Assembly (NCBI GenBank): GCA_963718665.1
Contig: OY970359.1
Span: forward strand, 1,472,001-1,536,000
Direction: 5' to 3'
Source: an uncultured Phycisphaerales bacterium
Lineage (GTDB): Bacteria > Planctomycetota > Phycisphaerae > Sedimentisphaerales > Anaerobacaceae
Length of the DNA stretch: 64,000 bases
The notes beneath the pieces were generated by a model. The model was not told where the DNA came from, ran no database searches, and was given only the letters and a program-made list of their open reading frames with translations. Shown piece by piece: positions 20,399 through 29,825 of the stretch (its first letter is position 1; every line of letters starts with the position of its first letter). The position numbers and the translations under genes are program-made.

Positions 20399-21229
20399 AT
20401 GACTGGCGACTTACAACGAAAATACGATACCCTCAAAAAAATCCTCAATGACCTCGGCTCTGTCGTCGTCGCTTATTCAGGCGGCGTTGATAGCACGCTT
20501 TTGCTCAAAGTCGCCGTCGATACCCTCGGCGCCAAAAATGTTCTCGCCTGCATCAGCGCGGGTGTCGTCGAACCAAAACACGTTCTGAAAAGGGCTAAAA
20601 AAATCGCCAAAACCATTGGCGTCCGTCTTCAAACAATCGACGCCGACGAGTTTAAAGATCCCCATTTCGTCGCTAACAAAGCGGACAGGTGCTTTCACTG
20701 CAAGAGTCATTTGTGTCAGGAGCTTTTGGATGTCGCGGCCAAAAACGGTTTGAAGCAGGTCATCTTCGGCGCAAATCTCGATGACCTCGACGATTTTCGC
20801 CCCGGCAACCGCGCGATGAAACTCTTCGGCATACGCTCCCCGCTCGCAGAAGCCAAACTTACTAAAAACGACATCCGCGCACTCAGCAGAAAACTCCGCC
20901 TCGAAACCGCCGATGTCCCCTCATCGCCCTGCCTCGCATCCCGGCTTGTTTATGGTTTACAGATAAGTGCAAAACGCCTCAGTCAAATCGAAAAAGCGGA
21001 AGATTTTCTCAGAACTCTCGGCCTCGTCGAATTCCGCGTCCGCCATCACGACGTAATCGCCCGAATCGAGGTTCATCAGAAAGATTTCAAAAAGATTATC
21101 GCCGAGCCGAACCGTTCGCTAATCATCAAAAAACTCAAATCCCTCGGCTTCAAATACATTACCATTGACCTCCAGGGCTTCCGTTCCGGTTCGTTAAACG
21201 AAACTCTCTCAAAAAACGACAAACGCTGA
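20399..21229 (+). CDS. larE: LarE-like ATP-dependent sulfur transferase (PP-loop)
   Basis: AYSGGVDS, RCFHCK, DDFRPG, PCLASR, RVRHH, GFRSGSLN. Confidence 0.88.
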   Translation: MTGDLQRKYDTLKKILNDLGSVVVAYSGGVDSTLLLKVAVDTLGAKNVLACISAGVVEPKHVLKRAKKIAKTIGVRLQTIDADEFKDPHFVANKADRCFHCKSHLCQELLDVAAKNGLKQVIFGANLDDLDDFRPGNRAMKLFGIRSPLAEAKLTKNDIRALSRKLRLETADVPSSPCLASRLVYGLQISAKRLSQIEKAEDFLRTLGLVEFRVRHHDVIARIEVHQKDFKKIIAEPNRSLIIKKLKSLGFKYITIDLQGFRSGSLNETLSKNDKR

Positions 21230-21305
21230 ACCTGTTTTTGATTCAACTAAAACCAAAACTCTTGCCGAAATAATATCGTAGGCGTCATTAATACCGCCCA
21301 TACTT

Positions 21306-21824
21306 ATGAAAACTATATCGTTTCCGACAAAACCGTTTTTTGTTCTTGCAATCGCATTTTACGCCGGCTGCTCAACCCAGCCGCCAGGCGCCGATTCCTC
21401 ACCCGCGTTATTCCATGATTCCACCCCGTGCTCCCATTTCGGCCCCGCTCGAATCGACGTCCTCCCCATCACCTCCATCGCCCCCGCCTCTGCCGCCGGC
21501 CGCGACGCCACTATTAACGCCTACGTTTGCCTTATCGATACCTTCGATTCTCAAATCAAGGCCCCTGTTATCTTCCGCTTTGAACTCTTTCAGCGGCTCC
21601 AACGTTCCGCCGACCCAAAAGGCAAACGTCTAATCGTCTGGCCTGATATTGACCTTACCGACCCGGCTGTTAACAGCAATCTCTGGCAGGACTTCCTCCG
21701 TGCATATCTTTTTTCCCTGCCGCTGCAAAAAACCTCCGCCGAAAACTGCATTCTCCACGTTACCGTTATCTGCCCCTCAGGCAAACGCCTCAGCGCTGAT
21801 TTTATCGTCCGCACAAAATCGTAA
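21306..21824 (+). CDS. putative lipoprotein
   Basis: Hydrophobic N-terminus ending YAGC (lipobox). Confidence 0.7.
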   Translation: MKTISFPTKPFFVLAIAFYAGCSTQPPGADSSPALFHDSTPCSHFGPARIDVLPITSIAPASAAGRDATINAYVCLIDTFDSQIKAPVIFRFELFQRLQRSADPKGKRLIVWPDIDLTDPAVNSNLWQDFLRAYLFSLPLQKTSAENCILHVTVICPSGKRLSADFIVRTKS

Positions 21825-21921
21825 TAGAAAAAATGCGACGGGTTTTATTCCGCCGCATCTTCATCAGTTCAAAACAAACTTAGTGTCTTTTTATTCGCTG
21901 AAAATGCCTGCTTTTTTGTTA

Positions 21922-22650
21922 TCAGTGTTTGCCAAACTTATCAATCAGCCGAATCATTTCGGCTGTCGCTTCTCGTATCCCGACAAACATACTTCTGGCG
22001 ATGATGCTGTGCCCAATATTTAATTCACTCAGGTCTTCCATTGCGGCAATTGGGCCGATATTGCGATACGTTAATCCATGCCCAGCGTGCACAATCATTC
22101 CCTTTTTTATGCCCAGGTCTCTGCCCGCCTCCAGCCACTTGAGATGCTGGTAAATATCTTTTTTGGTTTTTGCGTTGGCATATTGGCCGGTGTGAAGCTC
22201 GATGGCGTCGCAGCCGAATCTTGCCGCGGCGGCTATCTGCTCTTTTTCCGGCGTGATAAACGCGCTGACGAGGATGCCCTTTGCGTGCATTCGCCTGACG
22301 ACCTCTTTCAGGCGGGTGCCGCAGGATACGCAATCGAGTCCGCCCTCGGTGGTCAATTCCGCTCTTTTTTCCGGCACAAGCGTTACCTGCTGGGGTTCAA
22401 TCCCTTCGGCTATGCGGACAATTTCTTCTTCCATCGACATTTCGAGATTGAATTTGGACGCAATCGTCTCTTTAAGCACCTGCACATCGCGGTCGTTAAT
22501 ATGCCGCCTGTCCTGTCGAAGATGGGTAGTTATCCCGTTGGCCCCGGCTAATTCACATTCCGCCGCCGCCCAGACAGGGTCCGGCTCATCGGCACGTCTG
22601 GCCTGTCTTACCGTCGCTATGTGGTCGATATTTACATTTAGAACTGCCAT
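21922..22650 (-). CDS. pdxJ: pyridoxine 5'-phosphate synthase
   Basis: VNIDHIATVRQAR, HLRQDRRHI, TTEGGLD, AGHGL, ELNIGHSII. Confidence 0.97.
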   Translation of the reverse strand: MAVLNVNIDHIATVRQARRADEPDPVWAAAECELAGANGITTHLRQDRRHINDRDVQVLKETIASKFNLEMSMEEEIVRIAEGIEPQQVTLVPEKRAELTTEGGLDCVSCGTRLKEVVRRMHAKGILVSAFITPEKEQIAAAARFGCDAIELHTGQYANAKTKKDIYQHLKWLEAGRDLGIKKGMIVHAGHGLTYRNIGPIAAMEDLSELNIGHSIIARSMFVGIREATAEMIRLIDKFGKH

Positions 22651-22792
22651 ATTATTTACCTTAAAAGCGGGTCAATTATAACGCTTCCGCCGATATCAGC
22701 AAGATTATAAGTTGGCGGATTGTGTTTTGTCTCGGTATAATTCAGCACAGGCGAGGCAAGAAGAAATAACTATAATAAATCGCGAATAGACA

Positions 22793-23413
22793 ATGACATT
22801 AAGCTGGGCAAACAGAATAACCATTCTGAGGATACTGCTGATAGCGCCGTTTGTCATTTGTATGCTCCAGATAAACGATGCCGAACTGAGCGAGTATATC
22901 CGGCACCTGATTCGGTATTCAGCCGTAGCGATATTTTTTCTAATGGCGATAAGCGACTGTATTGACGGGTATTTAGCGCGTAAAAACGGGAATGCGACCA
23001 GGTTAGGGGCATTTCTTGACCCGACGGCCGACAAGTTGCTTATCACCTCCGCGTGCCTGCTGCTTGCCTCGCGCCACGCCGGGGTTACCGGCTTCATTCT
23101 GCCGCCGACCGTGGTCGTGCTGATTATCGGCAAAGACGTCCTCATATTTCTCGGCTTTTTGATTGTCTATTTTCTTACTGACAGAGTCCGCGTTGTTCCG
23201 GCCTTCGCGGGAAAGGCGTCCACGGCTCTTCAGTTGTCAATGGTTGCGGCGATACTAATTGCGCCGGAGGTCTCCGCGGTTCTTCCCGGCTGGGTTTATT
23301 TTGTGCAGGTCTTATGGTGGTCTGCGGCAGGAGCGGCGGTCCTGGCAACGCTTGTCTATATACGCACGGGCTCAAAATTCATCGAACAGTACGAGCAGCA
23401 CAATAATCATTAA
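22793..23413 (+). CDS. CDP-alcohol phosphatidyltransferase (PgsA-like)
   Basis: ANRITILR; SDCIDGYLAR...LGAFLDPTADKLL. Confidence 0.92.
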   Translation: MTLSWANRITILRILLIAPFVICMLQINDAELSEYIRHLIRYSAVAIFFLMAISDCIDGYLARKNGNATRLGAFLDPTADKLLITSACLLLASRHAGVTGFILPPTVVVLIIGKDVLIFLGFLIVYFLTDRVRVVPAFAGKASTALQLSMVAAILIAPEVSAVLPGWVYFVQVLWWSAAGAAVLATLVYIRTGSKFIEQYEQHNNH

Positions 23414-23454
23414 CGGGGTTTATCCGCTTATTTTTCCGGCCCGATGACGACGGC

Positions 23455-23720
23455 TGCACCGTAACAGAGAATCTCAGTTGCCGAACTTTTGCCAGTCAGA
23501 CCTTTACACTGTCCGCAGCCGGCTTTACGGCCAAGCCGGGTAGGTCCTATAAATGCGGCAAAGCAGCCGCGGCCGAGGATGGTCTGATAACAGCGGCGAT
23601 AGGCCTCAATAAATGCACCTTTACGAGCAATAAAGGGGACCGATCTCGACGTTACGTCGTGAAAGCGGTATTCCGATCAGGTTTTTCCTGATTCGACGAG
23701 AATATTTCCCTGAATGTAAC
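23455..23720 (+). pseudogene. degraded relic of the shared C-terminal module
   Basis: From 23497 translates QTFTLSAAGFTAKPGRSYKCGKAAAAEDGLITAAIGLNKCTFT, followed by broken DLDVTS and FDE segments. Confidence 0.75.
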
Positions 23721-23947
23721 ACAGAAAAAATTTAGATTCAATTTCAGTTGGTAGGGACTCCTTGTCGATATTATACTTTGCTACGGAAGAAGACGTGTAT
23801 TAACAAATGACGGCCACCCCGATAAATATCGATAATGCCTTTGTAGTTTGTCTGCTGAGTTATAGGGCGCACCCCAAAATGTGAAGTTGGCAGCGCTCTT
23901 TGAAACCGGAATCAGAAGAAGATTGAATTTATTAGGAGATTACGAAA

Positions 23948-25528
23948 ATGTCATCAAACACAAGAAAAACAACTCTTACTAAAGCCATCTGTGTCCGGTC
24001 AACTGTGATTGTTGTATGTCTTGCCATGATGCTGGGTTTTGCTTCTACGGGTTACGGTGACGTCATACTGGGTAATTTCGAGAACGCAGACAGCAACGAC
24101 GGCTGGGTTCCCGGGTCGAATGACCCATGCGCCATTCTTGTTCCTGATTGCAACATAGGCGTCACATTGGGCCACGGGAGCCTCAAATTAACACCTGGCA
24201 CTGCTGGTGCCTACTACGGGCTTGGATGGGCAACGACTGAGTCAAGCCAAGTTTTGAATTTAACCGACGCAAATCTTCAGTTTGACCTGACAATGGTCGC
24301 TTCAGAATGGAGCAACGGCGCATGGACTCAGGTAGGTGATAAAATCGCGGTAAACAGCAATGGTCCTTCCGGCTGGAAGGAGTACGGACCAGCTTCCACC
24401 AGTTTATTGGCATATTCGTTTATAGACAGGGATACCGGCCTACCTACCGATAGATGGTGGGGTCCATGGGAAGGTGATGCGAACAAGACGTACAGCTATG
24501 ACATTTCGGACTACGATGCGACAAATGCTACCTGGATGCAAATTTATATCTCCGTTCAGGATGGTAACCTTATCGGCGGCGGGCATTTCTACTTCGATAA
24601 TATACGGCTGGTAACCCCGAATATGGTAATTTCCAAGTGTACGGTAACGGCCGGCAAAACCCAGGCCTCAAGTGATACCGATTACAGTAACATGGCTGAT
24701 GCCTTTACGGCATCGGGAACCTTTGTCCCGCCAGACTTCAACACATTTAAAGATGCCAACGCGGTGGTGGTCACAATTACCTCGACGACCGATGATTATC
24801 CTTACACTGAAACTTTGAGCGATTTCAGCCCGACGGCAGTGAACAGCAAACACAAGTACACACACACGGGCAAACTTGTCAAAGGCCAGGAGGGGAAAAT
24901 TACCTCCCTTACGCTGGATTTCCGTAAAGGAAAGTTTGCGATAGCAGCAAAGAATATCGACCTGACAGGTCTTGCCAGTCCGCTTGAGTTGACACTTGCT
25001 ATGGGCAGCAGTGAACTGATTGGGCATGCCAATGAATTGATTATCAACGGCCCAACAAAGACGATACCTACTCGTCTTATGCGGATGTATAAAGACACGC
25101 TCATAGTTACGCCCGGCAAGACAAAGGTCAAGAGTAGCGCCAAGGCGTCGTCTGATTCGCTGTCGGTTACGGGTGAAATCGCGGTGAAAGACATCAATAC
25201 AACCCAGCCGAACCTGAACAATGAACAAGTCGTCATTACATGGGGCGACCAGAATGATGCCAACAACGTTCAGACCTTCACGATTCCGACAAACAGCTTC
25301 AAGATTCCCACGACGGGGCATTTATACAAGCTCAACAAAAATATTGAGCCGAACGTAGCTCCTGTTGCCGACTCTAACACCATAGTGAGCGGCACAATCG
25401 ACCTTGATAAATGCACATTTGCGTTGTCGATAACGAAGGCGGACATTAATACTGTGCCCTCCGGCCTGGCGAAGTTCGGCATTGCGTTCGGCGATTTCAA
25501 CGAGGTAGCCGACGTTACTTTGCCTTGA
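23948..25528 (+). CDS. secreted protein: CBM-like N-domain plus shared C-terminal module
   Basis: Signal peptide, LGNFE...FYFDNIRL jelly-roll-like domain, AGGAG RBS. Confidence 0.8.
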   Translation: MSSNTRKTTLTKAICVRSTVIVVCLAMMLGFASTGYGDVILGNFENADSNDGWVPGSNDPCAILVPDCNIGVTLGHGSLKLTPGTAGAYYGLGWATTESSQVLNLTDANLQFDLTMVASEWSNGAWTQVGDKIAVNSNGPSGWKEYGPASTSLLAYSFIDRDTGLPTDRWWGPWEGDANKTYSYDISDYDATNATWMQIYISVQDGNLIGGGHFYFDNIRLVTPNMVISKCTVTAGKTQASSDTDYSNMADAFTASGTFVPPDFNTFKDANAVVVTITSTTDDYPYTETLSDFSPTAVNSKHKYTHTGKLVKGQEGKITSLTLDFRKGKFAIAAKNIDLTGLASPLELTLAMGSSELIGHANELIINGPTKTIPTRLMRMYKDTLIVTPGKTKVKSSAKASSDSLSVTGEIAVKDINTTQPNLNNEQVVITWGDQNDANNVQTFTIPTNSFKIPTTGHLYKLNKNIEPNVAPVADSNTIVSGTIDLDKCTFALSITKADINTVPSGLAKFGIAFGDFNEVADVTLP

Positions 25529-25595
25529 AGCCCTAACCACCGGCGGATTAGCGGGATGTCAGGCGTAGATACGACAGTTAATGAAAGTACACAGG

Positions 25596-25637
25596 AACCG
25601 ATTACGGTGAAACAACCAACACCGTAATCGGTTTTTC
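25596..25637 (+). terminator. intrinsic terminator-like hairpin
   Basis: aaccgattacggtg/caccgtaatcggtt plus T-tract. Confidence 0.65.
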
Positions 25638-25742
25638 TGCTGGATTTACGGGCCAAGCAAAAGATGCATCTGCCAGGAAAGGTTCTTTTTCGATAGTTTT
25701 AAGAAAATCGGGAAGGCAGCTTATTTAATAAGGGCGATAGCG

Positions 25743-27677
25743 ATGAAGAAGACAGAGGAAGTATTCGGTACCGGACTTACTTTGGCATTTTATAAAGTTA
25801 TTATTGCGTGCGCACTTCTTTGTGCGGTCTCTTTGCTTTATGCCGCACCATCACCATTGCACGTGGAAGGCAACAAAATTAAAGATGCCGAGGGGCATAT
25901 TATTGTTCTTCGAGGCGTTTGTGCGCCTGATATTGGTGCGTTAAAAGAGTTATATGGCATACATGATTATATTGACCGCATTACAAACCCCGACGACCCC
26001 AACGGCACTTCGCCGGGATGGTACACAAGAGTTATAAAATACTTTGTTATCCCCAGTGATTCAGATGTAACCGGCAGTCCTCTTACATTTGACCCCTGCA
26101 ACCTCTCCGACCCAAATAACGAAGCTATATATGAAGCCCTCAAGGACGCCGTTGATTACGGGGCCGAGAAGGGCGTCTATTCGATTATCTGCCCGGATTA
26201 TCATAAAGGGATTAACGATGAGGTTGCCGAGACAAATGCGTTCTGGGGTTATATAGCACCGAGATTTGCCAACGACGGCAATGTCCTCTTTGAGCTTTTC
26301 AATGAGCCGACCGATGGCACCGGCAACTGGGGTATTATCCAACCTATAATGCAGGCGTGGGTTAATACTGTGCGGACTTCAGCGACGGATAATCTTATTC
26401 TTGTAACCGGCGGGTGCTGGGCTCAGCAGATTCAGCCGGCGGTTACTAATCCCGTTATCGGCGACAATATCGTTTATGATTTACACTGCTTTGGTCTTAC
26501 CTGGAGAACATCGGCTGATTCCTGGATTAAGCCGCAAATAGATACTGTGTCTCCTGTCTATCCGGTTTTAGTAACCGCATGGGGGTATGAGCCGAACTCT
26601 GACCCTTGCGTATATAGTACGCAATGGTCATGCGGCTCGGCTTCCGATTTTGGCCAGCCATTCCTTGATTATCTTGAAGGTCTTGGAATCGGCAGTGTCG
26701 CTTATTCGGCGTCTTATAGCTGGAACCCGTCGATGTTTGACTCAAACTGGCAGCTTCTTTGCGGCGATTATATGGGTTGTTTTGTGAAGGACTGGCTTTA
26801 TGAAAAAAGAGACGCCGAGCGGTTTTCAACTATGACAGTCACCAAATGCACAATTACGGCCGGCAAAACCCAGGGACAGGACTCATTTGCCTTCTCCGGA
26901 ACATTCAGCAACATTCCGATAGATTTCAGCCAGGCGGCCAGCATAGATGTAAACATTATTTCATTGACTGATGGAAATCAAGTTTACTACCAGGGTATCG
27001 AGTGCAATTCTTCTCCGTATGTAAAGAATGGCAAGTTTGGGTACACATATAAAATTCCCAAAGGCCAACCAGGCGCAATCACTTCATTGACGATAGACCC
27101 GAGTAAAAGGAAATTTGCCATGACAGCTAATAATGTTGACCTGACAGGCCTTTCCTGCCCCGTGTATTTGGAAATGGCGATGGGTTATTATACTCTGACG
27201 GGCGATGTCAACGAGACAATAGTTAACGGCAAAAGTGCCCTGATTCCTACCCGCCTTATGAGAACGTATAAAGACACGCTCGTTGTAAGCAATGCAAGCG
27301 CCAAGAAGGGCACCAAGCCGTCTTCTGATTCGCTGTCAGCCAAAGGAGACCTTGCGGTAGAAGATATTAGCGTCAACCTGTGCAATGAGGACGTCAACTT
27401 TATATGGGGCGACCAGGTATTCAGAGTTCCACAGGGCAAATTTACTATCTCCAAGACCGGGCATTTATATAAATGCAGTAAAGTTGTCGCAGACACCAGC
27501 AACGGCAACGCGGGCCTTGTAACGGCGAGCATAGATATCGACAACGCCACATTTGCCGTGTCGGTAAGCGCGGCCAATTCACTTGATGTCACATCGGATT
27601 ATATAGCTTTCGGCGTAAACTTCGGCGATTTCAACGAAGTAGTTAATGTTAATCGCGTTACGAAGCGTTCGTACTAA
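25743..27677 (+). CDS. secreted GH5-like protein lacking the nucleophile Glu, plus shared C-terminal module
   Basis: LHVEGNKIKD, LRGV, FELFNEP; PVLVTAWG where the paralog has PVIMGEWG. Confidence 0.85.
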   Translation: MKKTEEVFGTGLTLAFYKVIIACALLCAVSLLYAAPSPLHVEGNKIKDAEGHIIVLRGVCAPDIGALKELYGIHDYIDRITNPDDPNGTSPGWYTRVIKYFVIPSDSDVTGSPLTFDPCNLSDPNNEAIYEALKDAVDYGAEKGVYSIICPDYHKGINDEVAETNAFWGYIAPRFANDGNVLFELFNEPTDGTGNWGIIQPIMQAWVNTVRTSATDNLILVTGGCWAQQIQPAVTNPVIGDNIVYDLHCFGLTWRTSADSWIKPQIDTVSPVYPVLVTAWGYEPNSDPCVYSTQWSCGSASDFGQPFLDYLEGLGIGSVAYSASYSWNPSMFDSNWQLLCGDYMGCFVKDWLYEKRDAERFSTMTVTKCTITAGKTQGQDSFAFSGTFSNIPIDFSQAASIDVNIISLTDGNQVYYQGIECNSSPYVKNGKFGYTYKIPKGQPGAITSLTIDPSKRKFAMTANNVDLTGLSCPVYLEMAMGYYTLTGDVNETIVNGKSALIPTRLMRTYKDTLVVSNASAKKGTKPSSDSLSAKGDLAVEDISVNLCNEDVNFIWGDQVFRVPQGKFTISKTGHLYKCSKVVADTSNGNAGLVTASIDIDNATFAVSVSAANSLDVTSDYIAFGVNFGDFNEVVNVNRVTKRSY

Positions 27678-27750
27678 AGGTGTCCGTCCGCGGGGGATAA
27701 TCCTTGACGGTTTTTGAAAAGAATGCGCCTTGAATTTTAGGGGTTATAGA

Positions 27751-29718
27751 ATGCTATCTAAGATAGAGAGGAAGTGCTTTGTGGGATGTTCTGCCGGATA
27801 TGTTCACGCTGCGTTTAAAAAATTTGCCATAGTATTTATATTTCTTTGTGTGGTCATGCCGCTATATGCCGTCCCTCCGCGGTTACACGTGGACGGCAAT
27901 AAAGTCAAAGACCCCAATGGAAACATTGTTATCCTCAGAGGCGTTGCCATGATGGACCTCGGCTCTCTCGAAGATTGGCAGGGCGGCGCACTAAATATGA
28001 TTGATCGTATAACAGATTTGAACGATTCTAATGGCAATTCTCCCGGCTGGTACACAAAGATAATCAGAATTGTGATTGCCCCGCCTGATTCGGAAAGCGG
28101 CTGGCCGTATCCCTTCAACCCGGACAATAACGACTTGTATAATCTTCTCAGAACAGTTGTTGATTACTGCGCTGAGAAGGAAGTTTACGCGGTCATTGAC
28201 TGGCACTATGTCGCAAATACTTATGACCACGTTGCGTCAACGAGCGAGTTCTGGCAGTATATGGCGCCGAGATTCGCCAACGATTCCCACGTTATTTTTG
28301 AACTTTTTAACGAACCGATTAATCAGGTAGGTTCCGATGCGGCCGACTGGAACAACGTCAAATCTGATATGGAGACATGGATTGGTATTGTGCGAGCATC
28401 AGCGCCTGACAATCTCATTTTTGTCGGCACGCCACGGTGGTGTCAGATTATTGGGCCGACAGCCACCGACCCTGTAGGCGATGTCAACGTAGTTTATGTT
28501 TCCCACATCTACCCAACTCATTGGCTTTCCAGCGGCAATTCGTACTACGTAAGCACTATTACTGCCGCCGCCGCAGTTCATCCGGTCATAATGGGCGAAT
28601 GGGGGTTCGAGTCATCGTCGGACCCGAACGATTATATAACTAATGGGACGATTTCCAATTATGGCGAGCCGCTGAAAGAATTTGTTGAGGGAATTGGCAT
28701 CGGGAATATCGCCTGGGTTGCCAGTTACAGCTGGGGTCCGCCGATGTTTAGTTATGATTCGAACACCGGGGTTTGGACGCTTCGGGTCGGCCCCGGCGAA
28801 ATGGGCGGTTTTACGAAGGACTGGCTTTATGAGGCAAGCGGCGTTACGCAGAACATCGATTTGAATATCACCAATTGTAAAGTTACAGCCGGCAAAACCC
28901 AGGCAGTGAGTGATACCGATTACAGTAACATGACGGATGCCTTTACGGCATCGGGAACAATGGCGTCATCGCCGCTGGCGCTGTCCAGTGTTACTCAGAT
29001 AGACATCAATATCGTATCACTGGCGGATGGCAACATTATTAACCACGAAACTATCAGTTTCGACCCCAGCAAGATAGTTAAAAACAATTACAAATATACT
29101 CCTCCCAAAGGCACCAACAGAGGTATTACTTCATTAACAATGAATTTCAGCAACAAGACCTTTACAATAAAAATGAATAACATAGACCTGACCGGCCTGG
29201 GCTGTCCCCTGCGGCTGGATATCACTATGGGTAACTATATTCTGGCAGGTGATGCCGACGAGACGGTAGTCAACGGTCCAAAGCAGTTAATCCCAACGCG
29301 CCTTATGAGGTTGTATAACGACAAAGTTGTCGTAAACAAGGCCAAGGCCAAAAATGGCAGCAAAGCGTCATCCGGCACGCTGGCCGTTACTGGAAATATT
29401 GCGGTGAGAGACACAAGTGTTAACCTGTGCAATGAGGACGTTAACTTTATATGGGGCGACCAGGTATTCAGAGTTCCACAGGGCGGATTTACCGCCTTTA
29501 AGACAGGGCATTTATATAAATGCAGTAAAGCTGCTGCTGACGCCAGCGGCAACGCAGGATTTGTTACGGCACAGGTGGATATAGATAAGGCGACATTTAC
29601 GTTATCGGTAAATGGCGCTAATGCGATTGATACGTCTGGTTCCATACTGTTCGGCATCAGCTTTGCCGATTTCAATGAAACAGTGCCTGTTAACAGCGTT
29701 ACCGGTCGTTCCTGGTAA
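27751..29718 (+). CDS. secreted GH5 glycoside hydrolase plus shared C-terminal module
   Basis: LHVDGNKVKD, IRI, IDWH, FELFNEP, HIY, GEWG, AW all intact. Confidence 0.9.
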   Translation: MLSKIERKCFVGCSAGYVHAAFKKFAIVFIFLCVVMPLYAVPPRLHVDGNKVKDPNGNIVILRGVAMMDLGSLEDWQGGALNMIDRITDLNDSNGNSPGWYTKIIRIVIAPPDSESGWPYPFNPDNNDLYNLLRTVVDYCAEKEVYAVIDWHYVANTYDHVASTSEFWQYMAPRFANDSHVIFELFNEPINQVGSDAADWNNVKSDMETWIGIVRASAPDNLIFVGTPRWCQIIGPTATDPVGDVNVVYVSHIYPTHWLSSGNSYYVSTITAAAAVHPVIMGEWGFESSSDPNDYITNGTISNYGEPLKEFVEGIGIGNIAWVASYSWGPPMFSYDSNTGVWTLRVGPGEMGGFTKDWLYEASGVTQNIDLNITNCKVTAGKTQAVSDTDYSNMTDAFTASGTMASSPLALSSVTQIDINIVSLADGNIINHETISFDPSKIVKNNYKYTPPKGTNRGITSLTMNFSNKTFTIKMNNIDLTGLGCPLRLDITMGNYILAGDADETVVNGPKQLIPTRLMRLYNDKVVVNKAKAKNGSKASSGTLAVTGNIAVRDTSVNLCNEDVNFIWGDQVFRVPQGGFTAFKTGHLYKCSKAAADASGNAGFVTAQVDIDKATFTLSVNGANAIDTSGSILFGISFADFNETVPVNSVTGRSW

Positions 29719-29825
29719 GCAAGCCGGAATACCGGTAAGAAACAAATGACCTGCGTTTTAAATTAAAAATTTAATGCTGCCGGTTTTTTACGAGTGCAGG
29801 TATTACGCCCGGCCCCCAAAAGAGT

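Noticed and set aside
23414..23947. Riboswitch or ncRNA in the long gap
   Set aside because: Much of it is explained as a decayed coding relic; no known aptamer recognised
24650..29484. Diversity-generating retroelement TR/VR pair
   Set aside because: Mismatches are not adenine-specific, both copies are coding, and no reverse transcriptase is present
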